DNA of 23,494 nt from a bacterium (GTDB lineage: Bacteria > SZUA-182 > DTGQ01). A program made the translations under genes and the position numbers. The stretch's first letter is position 1. Every line of letters begins with the position of its first letter. Under the pieces are notes generated by a model. It did no database searches. It was given only the letters and a program-made list of their open reading frames with translations, and had not been told where the DNA came from. Shown piece by piece: positions 15,174-23,494 of this stretch. The DNA lies in assembly GCA_040752695.1 (NCBI GenBank), contig JBFMGO010000097.1, forward strand, positions 1 to 23,494, read 5' to 3'.

Positions 15174-17156
15174 TTCCATCGGCTTTTCCAGAGCATCTTC
15201 TTTCAGAGAACTGGAGAGTGAACTCATCTTCTTCCAGACTCTTATGAAAACATTGACGATGGCGGGATCAAATTGGGTTCCGGCGCATTTTCGAAGTTCT
15301 TTCATTGCATTCTCCGCGCTCTGAGCCTGCCGGTAGGGGCGATCTGAGGTCATGGCATCGAAAGCATCGGCTACGGCCAGAATCCGGGTTTCAAGTGAAA
15401 CCTGGCTTGGACCGAGACCATCAGGATATCCTCTTCCATCGTACCTTTCATGATGGTGCTTGATTCCCTCCCTGACATCCTTGAGAAAGCCGATATGATC
15501 GATAATTTTGCTTCCAATTCGAGAGTGCTCGCGAACGATAGCCACTTCATCAGGAGACAGGGTCATATCCTTGTGCAAAATGTTAAGACTGACCCCGATC
15601 TTGCCGACATCATGCAGGATGCTGGCGTGGCGGATAATTTCGAGACTCTTTTCCGGCAACCCAAGCTCTTTGGCAATCAAAAGGCTCAGTTCCGTTACCC
15701 GTTCCGAATGGCCATAGGTATAGGGATCCTTGGCTTCGATCGCGTTCACGAGTGCCCGGATCGTATCGAAGTAGCTTTTCTTCAAGTCACTATACAGATT
15801 GAAATTTTCGATTGCGACCGCCGCCTCACTGGCAATGGTTGTGAGTAATTCAAGATCATCGAGGGTGAAGGGTGTTTTGGATTGTTTATCAATCATGCCG
15901 ATGACGCCAATGATCCGGTCCTTGGCATGGAGTGGCACATAGAGAATGGACCTTGGCAAATGATCCTTTATCTCTTCGATATGAAATCTGGTATCCTGCA
16001 GGAAGTTAGGAATCAACACAGCCTTTCCGGTGTTGAGTACATGCAGGGCAACCTTCAGGTTCAGGAATTCCTCTCCGTGGTCGAGGTCAGTACGTAGGCA
16101 ATGGCTTGCTCTTAATTGATTCAGGTCGCGATCCAGAAGCGAGAAGAAGCCGCATGAACCATTTAAAATGTTGCTGGTCATTTTGAGAATTGAATTTAAT
16201 AGTTGATCAAGATCAAAAACCGATCCGATTTCTTTAGCGATATTGTTCAAGGTGGTAAGAATATCGATTGTCCTCTCGAGCTGGATGTTCTTCTCCTCAA
16301 TCTGGCGCTTATACTTTAACTCTTCCTCCGCTCTGACCAGGGCCTGTTCACGTCGAAGATCCCGCTCGTGCAACTCGCTGATCTCCGAAATCATGTAGTT
16401 GAAAGTATGCCCCAGCTTTCCGAGTTCATCCGTTGTATCCAGAAGGACGCGCGCATCCCAATTTCCCCGCCGGACGATATTCATCACTTCCATCAGGGAG
16501 TGAACCGGGTTGGCAACCAATTTCGAAAGTAAGAGGTATACCGAGATCCCGATCAGGAAAATAGTTATCACTGCCGATAGGATAATGAAGAACCGGCTGG
16601 CCATTAAGGGAACCTTCATCCAGGTGATTGACACCTGAACCTGTAAAATTCCCATAACCTCGTTTTCCCGACTATGACAGGAATAACAACTGCTTTTTCC
16701 GTTTATAGATTTCAACATGGAAATCCGGGTATAGTCCGAGTCTATCTCGATCAGTTCATTCTTCCCCTGGTCAATGAAAGATAAATCCAAATCTGGCTGA
16801 TAGCTTCCCACTTCGATTAAATCACCGGAGGCGACAATTTTTTTCTGGCTGTTGAGAATCCGGATTTCCTGCATGTCCACTTCGTTGGCTATATTGATCA
16901 GTAAGTCCTTTACATCTTCATGCTTTCCGATCAGCATCGAATGGACAATACTATTTTCGAGGGTTTGCGTTAAGAGAAGAATACGTTTCTGGGCACCTTC
17001 CAGAAAGTAGCCGGTTTGCATTACCAGGCTGATATAGGTCGATATACCCATCCAGATGGCAACAACCAGAATCGTAGAGAAGATAATCTTAAATTGCAGT
17101 CTCTGGCGCGGACGTTGAAAGAGATAATCAGCAAAGAACTGAGAAACTTTATTCAT
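15168..17156 (-). CDS. Membrane-bound HD-GYP cyclic-dinucleotide phosphodiesterase: TM, periplasmic heme-c (CxxCH) sensor, TM, HAMP, coiled coil, GAF, HD-GYP
   Basis: Two TM helices flank a domain containing C157-Y-S-C160-H161. HAMP 'DELGKLGHTFNYM'; GAF 'SILYVPLHAKDRIIGVI...FTLDDLELL'; catalytic motifs 'EAKDPYTYGHSERV', 'LHDVGKIG', 'HHERYDGRGYP' and 'ADAFDAMTSDRPYR'. Confidence 0.92.
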   Translation of the reverse strand: MNKVSQFFADYLFQRPRQRLQFKIIFSTILVVAIWMGISTYISLVMQTGYFLEGAQKRILLLTQTLENSIVHSMLIGKHEDVKDLLINIANEVDMQEIRILNSQKKIVASGDLIEVGSYQPDLDLSFIDQGKNELIEIDSDYTRISMLKSINGKSSCYSCHSRENEVMGILQVQVSITWMKVPLMASRFFIILSAVITIFLIGISVYLLLSKLVANPVHSLMEVMNIVRRGNWDARVLLDTTDELGKLGHTFNYMISEISELHERDLRREQALVRAEEELKYKRQIEEKNIQLERTIDILTTLNNIAKEIGSVFDLDQLLNSILKMTSNILNGSCGFFSLLDRDLNQLRASHCLRTDLDHGEEFLNLKVALHVLNTGKAVLIPNFLQDTRFHIEEIKDHLPRSILYVPLHAKDRIIGVIGMIDKQSKTPFTLDDLELLTTIASEAAVAIENFNLYSDLKKSYFDTIRALVNAIEAKDPYTYGHSERVTELSLLIAKELGLPEKSLEIIRHASILHDVGKIGVSLNILHKDMTLSPDEVAIVREHSRIGSKIIDHIGFLKDVREGIKHHHERYDGRGYPDGLGPSQVSLETRILAVADAFDAMTSDRPYRQAQSAENAMKELRKCAGTQFDPAIVNVFIRVWKKMSSLSSSLKEDALEKPMEE

Positions 17157-17209
17157 TCAGTTGCAGACCTTTTATGAGAGTCAAGAATTCAAGAGAAAAG
17201 TAAGGCGTC

Positions 17210-17249
17210 AAGAGTCGGAATTCTTCATTCCGGCTCTTATGGTTTTTTT
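17210..17249. terminator. Hairpin between the ABC operon and the HD-GYP gene
   Basis: AAGAGTCGGAAT (17210-17221)/ATTCCGGCTCTT (17227-17238), a 12-bp stem with one G-U pair on the + strand, followed on + by ATGG and seven Ts. Confidence 0.5.
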
Positions 17250-17268
17250 ACTCCCTGACTTTGATCGC

Positions 17269-19371
17269 TCAACGCACCCAGCATCTTACCCAATGATCTT
17301 TATCCCTTTCAGTCAATTCGGGACATTGCTCGAGGCATTGCTTTTGCCCAAGGGGGCAGCGAGGATAAAACCGGCATCCTGGCGGGAGGTTTATTGGAGA
17401 GGGGACATCCCCGCTTAAAGGAGCATGTCTTCCACGCAAGGAAGGATCGGTTACCGGATTAGAAGAAAGCAAGGCCTGGGTATACGGGTGGACAGCATTT
17501 TTTACCAGCCCGTGTGCCGGAAGCTGCTCCACAATCTGGCCCAGATACATAATGGCCACTTTGTGGGAAATATGTTCGACCACAGCAAGATTATGCGCAA
17601 TAAAAAGATAGGAAAGGTGAAGCTCTTCCTGTAATTTCTGGAGTAAATTGATAATTTGCGCCTGTATGGAAACATCGAGAGCGGAGACCGCTTCATCACA
17701 GACGATAAACTGCGGATTCAGGGCCAGGGCACGGGCAATGCCTATTCGCTGGCGCTGTCCTCCCGAAAATTCATGTGGATATCGGTTAAGGTAAGAAGGA
17801 GAGAGGCCGACCTTAACGAAAAGATTTTCGACCAGTGTTTTTCTCTCACGGCCCCGTGCAATTCCATGAGCGGATAAGGCTTCGCCTACAATATAGCCCA
17901 CAGTCAAGCGGGGGTTAAGAGAAGAATAGGGGTCCTGAAAGATGATCTGCATCTTCTGCCGGATTTTCCGCAGAGGCTCGCCTTTCAATGAATACAAAGG
18001 GGTGCCTTCGAATAAAACCTCGCCGGAAGTCGGCTCCATAAGGCGTAAAATGGTTCGCCCGACCGTGGTTTTGCCGCAACCCGATTCACCAACCAGGCCG
18101 ACCGTTTCTCCATGATTGATCCGTAACGATACTCCATCGACAGCCTTAACCCAGGCAGATGTTCGACCCCAAAATCCACGCTTGACGGGAAAAAATTTTT
18201 TTAATCCCTTAACTTCCAGGATATTCCTGACGCCGACTTGAGAATCGATCTGTTTTTCTATGGACTGCTCTTTTTTTGGCAAGCCGGTCACATCCCGGCC
18301 GCTGATCACAGGGGTGCCACTTTTTTTCGTATAATCCTCCGGGGGTGAAGGCTTACCCTTTATCTTTTGCGGAAAGTCTGTGCCGTGTTCATTTACTCTC
18401 CAGCAGGCTACCAGGCGGTCAGAGTCAACCCGTTCGAGAACAGGCTCCTGTTCCCGGCACCTTTGATCGGCATAAGAGCAGCGGGGCCAGAATTTACATC
18501 CAGAGGGGAAGTTCAAGGGATTGGGAACCTGGCCGCGTATGGCTTCCAGGGACCGTCCTCTTCCTCCCAGGCGCGGCAGCGAATGGAAAAGACCCAGGGT
18601 ATAGGGATGCAGCGGCTTTTGGAAGAGTCCTTCCACCGAAGACTGCTCGACCACCTTGGATGCATACATAACTGCAACCTGGTGAGCCATTTCTGCAATG
18701 ATGCCAAGGTCATGGGTGATCAAAAGAATCGACATCCCCATTTCATTTTGCAACTGGTAGAGCAGATCGATTATCTGTGCCTGCATGGTCACATCGAGGG
18801 CTGTTGTGGGCTCATCGGCAATCAGCACTTGTGGGTTGCAGGCAATGGCCATGCCGATCATGGCCCGCTGTTTCATTCCCCCGGACATCTGATGAGGATA
18901 CTCGTCGATGCGGATATTCGGCGAAGGAATGCCGACCTTGGATAAAAGATCGAGAGTGCGCTCTCTGGCTTCGTTCTGACTTAATTTCCGATGAATAATG
19001 AGCGTTTCCATGATCTGGTCGCCAATCCTGAAAACCGGATTGAGAGAGGTCATGGGCTCTTGAAAGATCATTCCGATACTGTTACCCCTTACCGTTCTCA
19101 TTTCACTCTCGGTGAGATCGAGCAGATTTCTCCCCTGGAACACTACCTGACCGGCGGCAATTCTCCCCGAAGGAGGCTTGATCAGTCGCATGATCGACAG
19201 CGAAGTAACCGTTTTCCCGCAGCCTGATTCTCCGATGATCCCCAGAGTTTTCCCCTTTTGCAGAGTCAGATTTACCCCGTCAACAGCCTTTACTTCACCG
19301 AGCCCGGTACGAAAATAGGTTTTCAGATCATCGATCGTGAGCAGAATCTCTTCTCGTTGGGACATCTTCAT
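17269..19371 (-). CDS. Fused OppD-OppF (DppD-DppF) peptide ABC transporter ATP-binding protein
   Basis: Two complete NBDs (GESGCGKT twice; [12 protein letters not shown] and [20 protein letters not shown] and DEAVSALD), each followed by an HPYT and Cys-rich C-terminal domain. Confidence 0.93.
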   Translation of the reverse strand: MKMSQREEILLTIDDLKTYFRTGLGEVKAVDGVNLTLQKGKTLGIIGESGCGKTVTSLSIMRLIKPPSGRIAAGQVVFQGRNLLDLTESEMRTVRGNSIGMIFQEPMTSLNPVFRIGDQIMETLIIHRKLSQNEARERTLDLLSKVGIPSPNIRIDEYPHQMSGGMKQRAMIGMAIACNPQVLIADEPTTALDVTMQAQIIDLLYQLQNEMGMSILLITHDLGIIAEMAHQVAVMYASKVVEQSSVEGLFQKPLHPYTLGLFHSLPRLGGRGRSLEAIRGQVPNPLNFPSGCKFWPRCSYADQRCREQEPVLERVDSDRLVACWRVNEHGTDFPQKIKGKPSPPEDYTKKSGTPVISGRDVTGLPKKEQSIEKQIDSQVGVRNILEVKGLKKFFPVKRGFWGRTSAWVKAVDGVSLRINHGETVGLVGESGCGKTTVGRTILRLMEPTSGEVLFEGTPLYSLKGEPLRKIRQKMQIIFQDPYSSLNPRLTVGYIVGEALSAHGIARGRERKTLVENLFVKVGLSPSYLNRYPHEFSGGQRQRIGIARALALNPQFIVCDEAVSALDVSIQAQIINLLQKLQEELHLSYLFIAHNLAVVEHISHKVAIMYLGQIVEQLPAHGLVKNAVHPYTQALLSSNPVTDPSLRGRHAPLSGDVPSPINLPPGCRFYPRCPLGQKQCLEQCPELTERDKDHWVRCWVR

Positions 19372-19464
19372 TTTTCCTCAGAATCCTGGAGAAAGTAATT
19401 TAATAAAATCAAGTTCTCCTCCTGATTCCTGTCTTTTTCTTTCTCTACAAGGATTATTCCAGTG

Positions 19465-20436
19465 TTACCGCTCTCGTAACCTGGGATTCAGTGCCTCGCG
19501 CAATCCCTCTCCGAACAGATTGAAAGCCAGCACCGTGATTAAAATAGCCAGACCGGAGGCGATAAAGAGCCATGGGGCATCGAAGATAAATTCTTTCCCA
19601 TCGGACAGAATATTGCCCCAGGAGGCTGCCGGAGGCGGTACCCCAAAACCCAGAAAGCTTAAACTCGATTCAGTTAAAATAGCGCTGGCCACATCGATGG
19701 TAGCGGTAACCAAAACCGGCGCAATTGCATTTGGTACCATGTGGAGGAACATGATCTTCGGCTTCGAAAGGCCCAGAGCCTCAGCAGCTACCACAAAATC
19801 CTGCTTCCTCAAAGCGAGAAATTCGGCCCGTACGAACCGTGCAATTCCCGGCCAACTGGTCAGACCGATCACGATCATGATGTTCCAGATGCTGGCCGGT
19901 AAAAGGGCTACAACCGTCAGGATCAAAAAGAAAGAGGGAAAGCACAACATAATATCGACAGCACGCATAATAACCGAATCGATGTAATTTCCGTAGTAAC
20001 CCGCCAGGGCACCCAGGATAATGCCGACAAACACGGCAATGCCCACAGATATAAAACCAACCAGCAAAGAGACATGAGCACCCTGGAGCATGCGCGCCAT
20101 AACGTCCCGCCCAAGTTTGTCGGTACCTAAGAGGTAAATCCCGAATGCAGGCCGGTCCGCCGGTGCCAGAACATCGGTATTGGCCCTGCTTAAGGGGGGT
20201 TTTAAGGTATCGACCAGCCGGACCTTCTCCGGGTCCATAACCGGACTCTGTCCTTTGGTCAGCAGTAACCCGGCTACAGCGAGGACGAGAAAGACCGTCA
20301 ACAAGAGCAGCCCCCACAGGGCCAGAGGATTATTCCGAAGCTGTCTCCACATGCTTTTTAAGCCACTTATCTGTGGGACAAGGTCACTGCCGTCATACAC
20401 ATCAGGAGAATTCTGGCCTGATTCGTTCTTTACCAT
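19465..20436 (-). CDS. oppC: Oligopeptide/dipeptide ABC transporter permease OppC/DppC
   Basis: 'LLGTDKLGRDV', 'AGYYG', EAA loop 'FVVAAEALG', 'ESSLSFLGFG', 'WGNIL' and 'FNLFGEGLREALNP'. Confidence 0.92.
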   Translation of the reverse strand: MVKNESGQNSPDVYDGSDLVPQISGLKSMWRQLRNNPLALWGLLLLTVFLVLAVAGLLLTKGQSPVMDPEKVRLVDTLKPPLSRANTDVLAPADRPAFGIYLLGTDKLGRDVMARMLQGAHVSLLVGFISVGIAVFVGIILGALAGYYGNYIDSVIMRAVDIMLCFPSFFLILTVVALLPASIWNIMIVIGLTSWPGIARFVRAEFLALRKQDFVVAAEALGLSKPKIMFLHMVPNAIAPVLVTATIDVASAILTESSLSFLGFGVPPPAASWGNILSDGKEFIFDAPWLFIASGLAILITVLAFNLFGEGLREALNPRLRER

Positions 20437-21458
20437 CAGGACTTCCCTCCTGTAAGAGAAATTCTCGGATCGACCACCATGTAAAGGACATCGGAAATAA
20501 AGGTACCGAGCAGGACCAGACAGGCGGCAATAAAATTCAGGCTGAGGATTACCGGGTAATCCCTGGCTAAAATAGCATCATACCCGAGCCTGCCCATGCC
20601 TGGCCAGGAAAAAATCGATTCGATGATAACCGATCCTCCAAGCAGGCCGGGAAGGGTCAGGCCGAACATGGTGACAAAGGGCAGCAGCGCATTTCGCAAG
20701 GCATGCTTATAGTAAACCGTATTCTCCGGCAATCCCTTGGCCTGGGCAGTACGGATGTAATCCTGCTCAATCACCTCAAGCATCTGACTCCTGACATACC
20801 GGGATAAAATGGCTATTCCCCCTATCGCTCCCAGAACTGAAGGGAGCACCAGGTGCCAGATCCGGTCATTGACAAAATACCACCAGCTCACCGATTCCCG
20901 CCCGAAAGTCTGCAAGCCGAGCACCGGCACATGAAAGACCTTGACAATGAAAATAATCAGCACATAGGCCAGGAAGAAGGAAGGCAGCGAGATGAACAGA
21001 TAAGAAAAAAAGGTAGTCGAGCGGTCAAAAAGGGACTGCCGCCGCAAAGCCGATTGTATCCCTAAGGGGAAGGCAAGACACCAGGTCAGCAGGGTCCCCA
21101 CGAGAAAGAGCGGCAGACTGTTGAAAAACCGCTCGGTAATTTTTGCCAACACCGGCTGGTTATCCTTGTACGATCTCAGTTCATTGGTAAAGAGCTTTTT
21201 ATAGAACCGGTAATATTGAATATGCAAGGGCTTATCAAGATCAAAGGCCTGGCGCAGCCTTTGTATGTCCTCTTTGGTGAACTTGGGATTCATCGGATCG
21301 ATCTCCGATGGATCTCCGGGCGCGAGCATGACCACACTGAAGGAAATGATCGATATAAAAAACAAAGTGATTACCTTTTCAACCAGACTTCTGGAAAAGA
21401 AAGAAAACACTTTTCCTTTTGCTCCTTTTTTCTCTTTATTTTCTCTAGGCAAAAGCAT
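20436..21458 (-). CDS. oppB: Oligopeptide/dipeptide ABC transporter permease OppB/DppB (true start possibly GTG at 21410)
   Basis: 'LAPGDP', 'LDKPLHIQY', 'HLVLP', 'DYIRTAQAKGL', 'HALRNA', 'ESIFSWPGMG', 'RDYP' and 'DPRI'. Stop overlaps the oppC start (TGATG). Confidence 0.92.
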   Translation of the reverse strand: MLLPRENKEKKGAKGKVFSFFSRSLVEKVITLFFISIISFSVVMLAPGDPSEIDPMNPKFTKEDIQRLRQAFDLDKPLHIQYYRFYKKLFTNELRSYKDNQPVLAKITERFFNSLPLFLVGTLLTWCLAFPLGIQSALRRQSLFDRSTTFFSYLFISLPSFFLAYVLIIFIVKVFHVPVLGLQTFGRESVSWWYFVNDRIWHLVLPSVLGAIGGIAILSRYVRSQMLEVIEQDYIRTAQAKGLPENTVYYKHALRNALLPFVTMFGLTLPGLLGGSVIIESIFSWPGMGRLGYDAILARDYPVILSLNFIAACLVLLGTFISDVLYMVVDPRISLTGGKS

Positions 21459-21460
21459 AC

Positions 21461-21535
21461 GGTTCGAATTAATATATACTATTCGAACCCAAACACACTA
21501 TTCGAACCCAAAAGGTCTGCCTACTATTCGAAGCC
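21461..21535. repeat. Direct and inverted repeats of (ACTA)TTCGAA(CCCAAA) between oppA and oppB
   Basis: ACTATTCGAACCCAAA at 21478-21493 and 21497-21512; ACTATTCGAA at 21523-21532 (contains the oppA stop); inverted GGTTCGAAT at 21461-21469. Confidence 0.85.
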
Positions 21536-23494
21536 GGGGGTGAAGACCGGGGCCTCTTTAAACTTAATCCACTTATTGAAATAAAAGCTATAACTCCCCG
21601 TCTTGGTCGGAGTAATTCTCTTAATGATATCCTCTCCATCAGCATCCTTTTCCAGGATAGCGATTTTTTTGTCCAAGAGCGCAGTCCATCGGCCAACATA
21701 TAAAAAGGTGTACGGCTGATCGTCATAGATGATTTCATGCAATGCATGGCAATATTCGATCTGCTTTTCTTCGTTGTACTCCTGGCGGATCTTCAGGATC
21801 AGGTCATCCGCTTCAGGGTTCTTATAGCCGACAAAATTAAGCTGATATTGCCCTGCCTGACTGGAATGCCAGATCTGATAAAGATCAGGATCAATACCCA
21901 TACTCCATCCCAGGATCACAGCATCGAAATTGCCTGCATCGACGTGTTTTTCCAAAAAGACAGACCATTCCACCCGGTCGGCAGACACCTTCATCCCCAG
22001 CTTTTTCCAGGCATTCTGGGCAATGATCAAGATAGCCTCGCGGTATGGATTCCCATTATTCGTAATAAGGGTAAATTCAAAATATTTTCCCTCCTTGTTG
22101 CGTAAAAAACCGTTCTCATCACGCTCCCAGCCAGCTTCCCGCAACAGTTGCAGAGCCCCTTTTGGATCGAACGGCAAGGGCTTGACCTCCGGATTATAGT
22201 AATCGGTTTGTTTGAGAAAAGGGCTGGTTGTGGGCTCTCCTTCTCCATAAAGTACATACTGGATAATCTCCGGTATATTGATGGCCATAGTCAGGGCCTT
22301 GCGCACCCTTTTATCCTGAAAAAGCTCTCGCCGCATATTATAGCCAATATAGGAATAGGTAAAGGAAAGACCGGAAAAATTTTGAAATCTGGAGTCTTTT
22401 TTCAATCGATCCACCTGGTGCGCCCGCGCCTCGTAGTGGTCGGTCGCACCTGCGTAAAACTCCAGCTCCTGAGTAAGCATGTCCGGAATTACCCGAAAGA
22501 TGAATTCATGATAATGGGCAGGGCCTTCCCAGTAATCTTCATTGCGCGCCAGCTTGATATATTGATCGGAACGCCACTCTTTAAAGACAAACGGCCCTGC
22601 ACCAACGGGCCGCATTTTATTGAAATCACTTTGACGCATGGTAAATTCAGCAGGATTAAGCGATTTTTCCCGAGCCTCCTTTGCCAGACAGTCTTTATTC
22701 AGCAGGTGCTCAGGCAACATGCCTATACCCCAGGCGGTAATTGCAGGCTGGAACAACCGCTTATAGGTAATCTTCAGCCGGTACTTGTCGAGCACCTCCA
22801 GACTTTTGACCGGTTCGAAGTCAGGAATTCGAGGCGAGCGGTTGACGGGATTCATGATCGACTCGTAGGTGAAGCGGACATCACCTGCGTCAAATTCATG
22901 TCCATCCGAAAACCGTACTCCCTGGCGGAGTGTAAAAACAATCATCGGATTATGCTCGATCACCGGCAGGTACTGACTCAAGATAGCCTGTTTATATTCA
23001 TCCGAGTTGTAGGAGTCATATTCAGGGGGTGCGGCAACCTTTAAAAGGGGCAATAGCCGGGCCTGATCAAAATAGCCCGCTCCAAGGACAGGTTCCAGTT
23101 GCGTGAAAAAATCCTGGTTCACCTCACGAAGAATAATCCTGATGCGGGCTGGATGCATAAGAGTAATCTTTACCTGTACTTCCTTCGATTCTCCTTTTTC
23201 GTCCTGCACATGCTCAGTTATAATCTGTTCTTCCTGATGTGGGGGAATGATCTCAAGACGTTCGACATTGTTCAAAAACGAGGTTGACGGTGCGCCCAAA
23301 ACCTTATTTGACGACTGGCCGGAAGGTGCTGCTTTGGTCGCTGCTTCGGTCGCTTTCTCGATAGCCTCTTTTACCGCCTGCGGAGTTGCCAGTCCTTTTT
23401 TCGCCCAGATAGGATCGTCATTAAAGGAAAAGTAAGCCTCTTCATAGATTTTCCAGTCCGTAGCCAGTCTGCCCCGCAGCTTAAGATTTTCATC
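21524..23494 (-). CDS. oppA: Peptide ABC transporter substrate-binding protein (SBP family 5, OppA/AppA-like), 5' end outside the window
   Basis: Frame is open to the window end (DENLKLRGRLATDWKIYEEAY...). Family motifs 'FTLRQGVRFSDGHEFDAGDVRFT', 'PVGAGPF', 'FQDKRVRKAL', 'LLREAGW' and 'DQPYTFLY'. Confidence 0.92.
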   Translation of the reverse strand, partial: DENLKLRGRLATDWKIYEEAYFSFNDDPIWAKKGLATPQAVKEAIEKATEAATKAAPSGQSSNKVLGAPSTSFLNNVERLEIIPPHQEEQIITEHVQDEKGESKEVQVKITLMHPARIRIILREVNQDFFTQLEPVLGAGYFDQARLLPLLKVAAPPEYDSYNSDEYKQAILSQYLPVIEHNPMIVFTLRQGVRFSDGHEFDAGDVRFTYESIMNPVNRSPRIPDFEPVKSLEVLDKYRLKITYKRLFQPAITAWGIGMLPEHLLNKDCLAKEAREKSLNPAEFTMRQSDFNKMRPVGAGPFVFKEWRSDQYIKLARNEDYWEGPAHYHEFIFRVIPDMLTQELEFYAGATDHYEARAHQVDRLKKDSRFQNFSGLSFTYSYIGYNMRRELFQDKRVRKALTMAINIPEIIQYVLYGEGEPTTSPFLKQTDYYNPEVKPLPFDPKGALQLLREAGWERDENGFLRNKEGKYFEFTLITNNGNPYREAILIIAQNAWKKLGMKVSADRVEWSVFLEKHVDAGNFDAVILGWSMGIDPDLYQIWHSSQAGQYQLNFVGYKNPEADDLILKIRQEYNEEKQIEYCHALHEIIYDDQPYTFLYVGRWTALLDKKIAILEKDADGEDIIKRITPTKTGSYSFYFNKWIKFKEAPVFTPGFE

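Noticed and set aside
15073..15184. CRISPR-like mini-array
   Set aside because: Repeats (6 bp) and spacers (11 bp) are far too short, and there are no cas genes.
21461..21512. tRNA fragment or integrase att site (GGTTCGAAT resembles the T-loop)
   Set aside because: No T-stem closure, acceptor stem, anticodon arm or CCA, and no integrase or foreign DNA nearby.
18345..23435. Long overlapping ORFs (e.g. 18367-18945, 19337-19987, 19781-20317, 22148-23044)
   Set aside because: They overlap well-supported ABC transporter genes and look like antisense or alternate-frame artefacts.

Overview
Bacterial chromosomal window; the gene content resembles Desulfobacterota/deltaproteobacteria, but taxonomy cannot be proven from the sequence. 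The + strand carries the 3' part of a long U32-family (RlhA/YdcP-like) gene, then a ~13.4-kb type IV filament locus. That locus runs: major pilin, two minor pilins (PilV- and PilW-like), a 498-bp non-coding gap, an ExeA/MshM-like AAA ATPase, pilM, pilN, a PilO-PilP-like fusion, an AMIN-less PilQ secretin, MshEN-bearing PilB, pilC, a DUF6812-like protein, a CpoB/YbgF-like lipoprotein with ten 10-aa repeats, and a TsaP-like LysM protein, ending at a strong terminator. Convergent on the - strand are an Opp/Dpp peptide ABC transporter (binding protein with a ~160-aa insertion, two permeases, fused OppD-OppF) and a membrane HD-GYP phosphodiesterase with a periplasmic CxxCH heme-c sensor, HAMP and GAF domains. 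Most notable observations: (i) a heme-c sensor/c-di-GMP phosphodiesterase abutting a pilus whose motor has a c-di-GMP-binding domain and whose Cys-free pilin fits the aromatic 'e-pilin' pattern; (ii) a perfect sigma28 promoter pointing into a GGA-rich, structured non-coding region inside the pilus locus; (iii) short repeat arrays that copy a gene's stop-codon region downstream of two genes. No rRNA, tRNA, CRISPR array or mobile element was seen.
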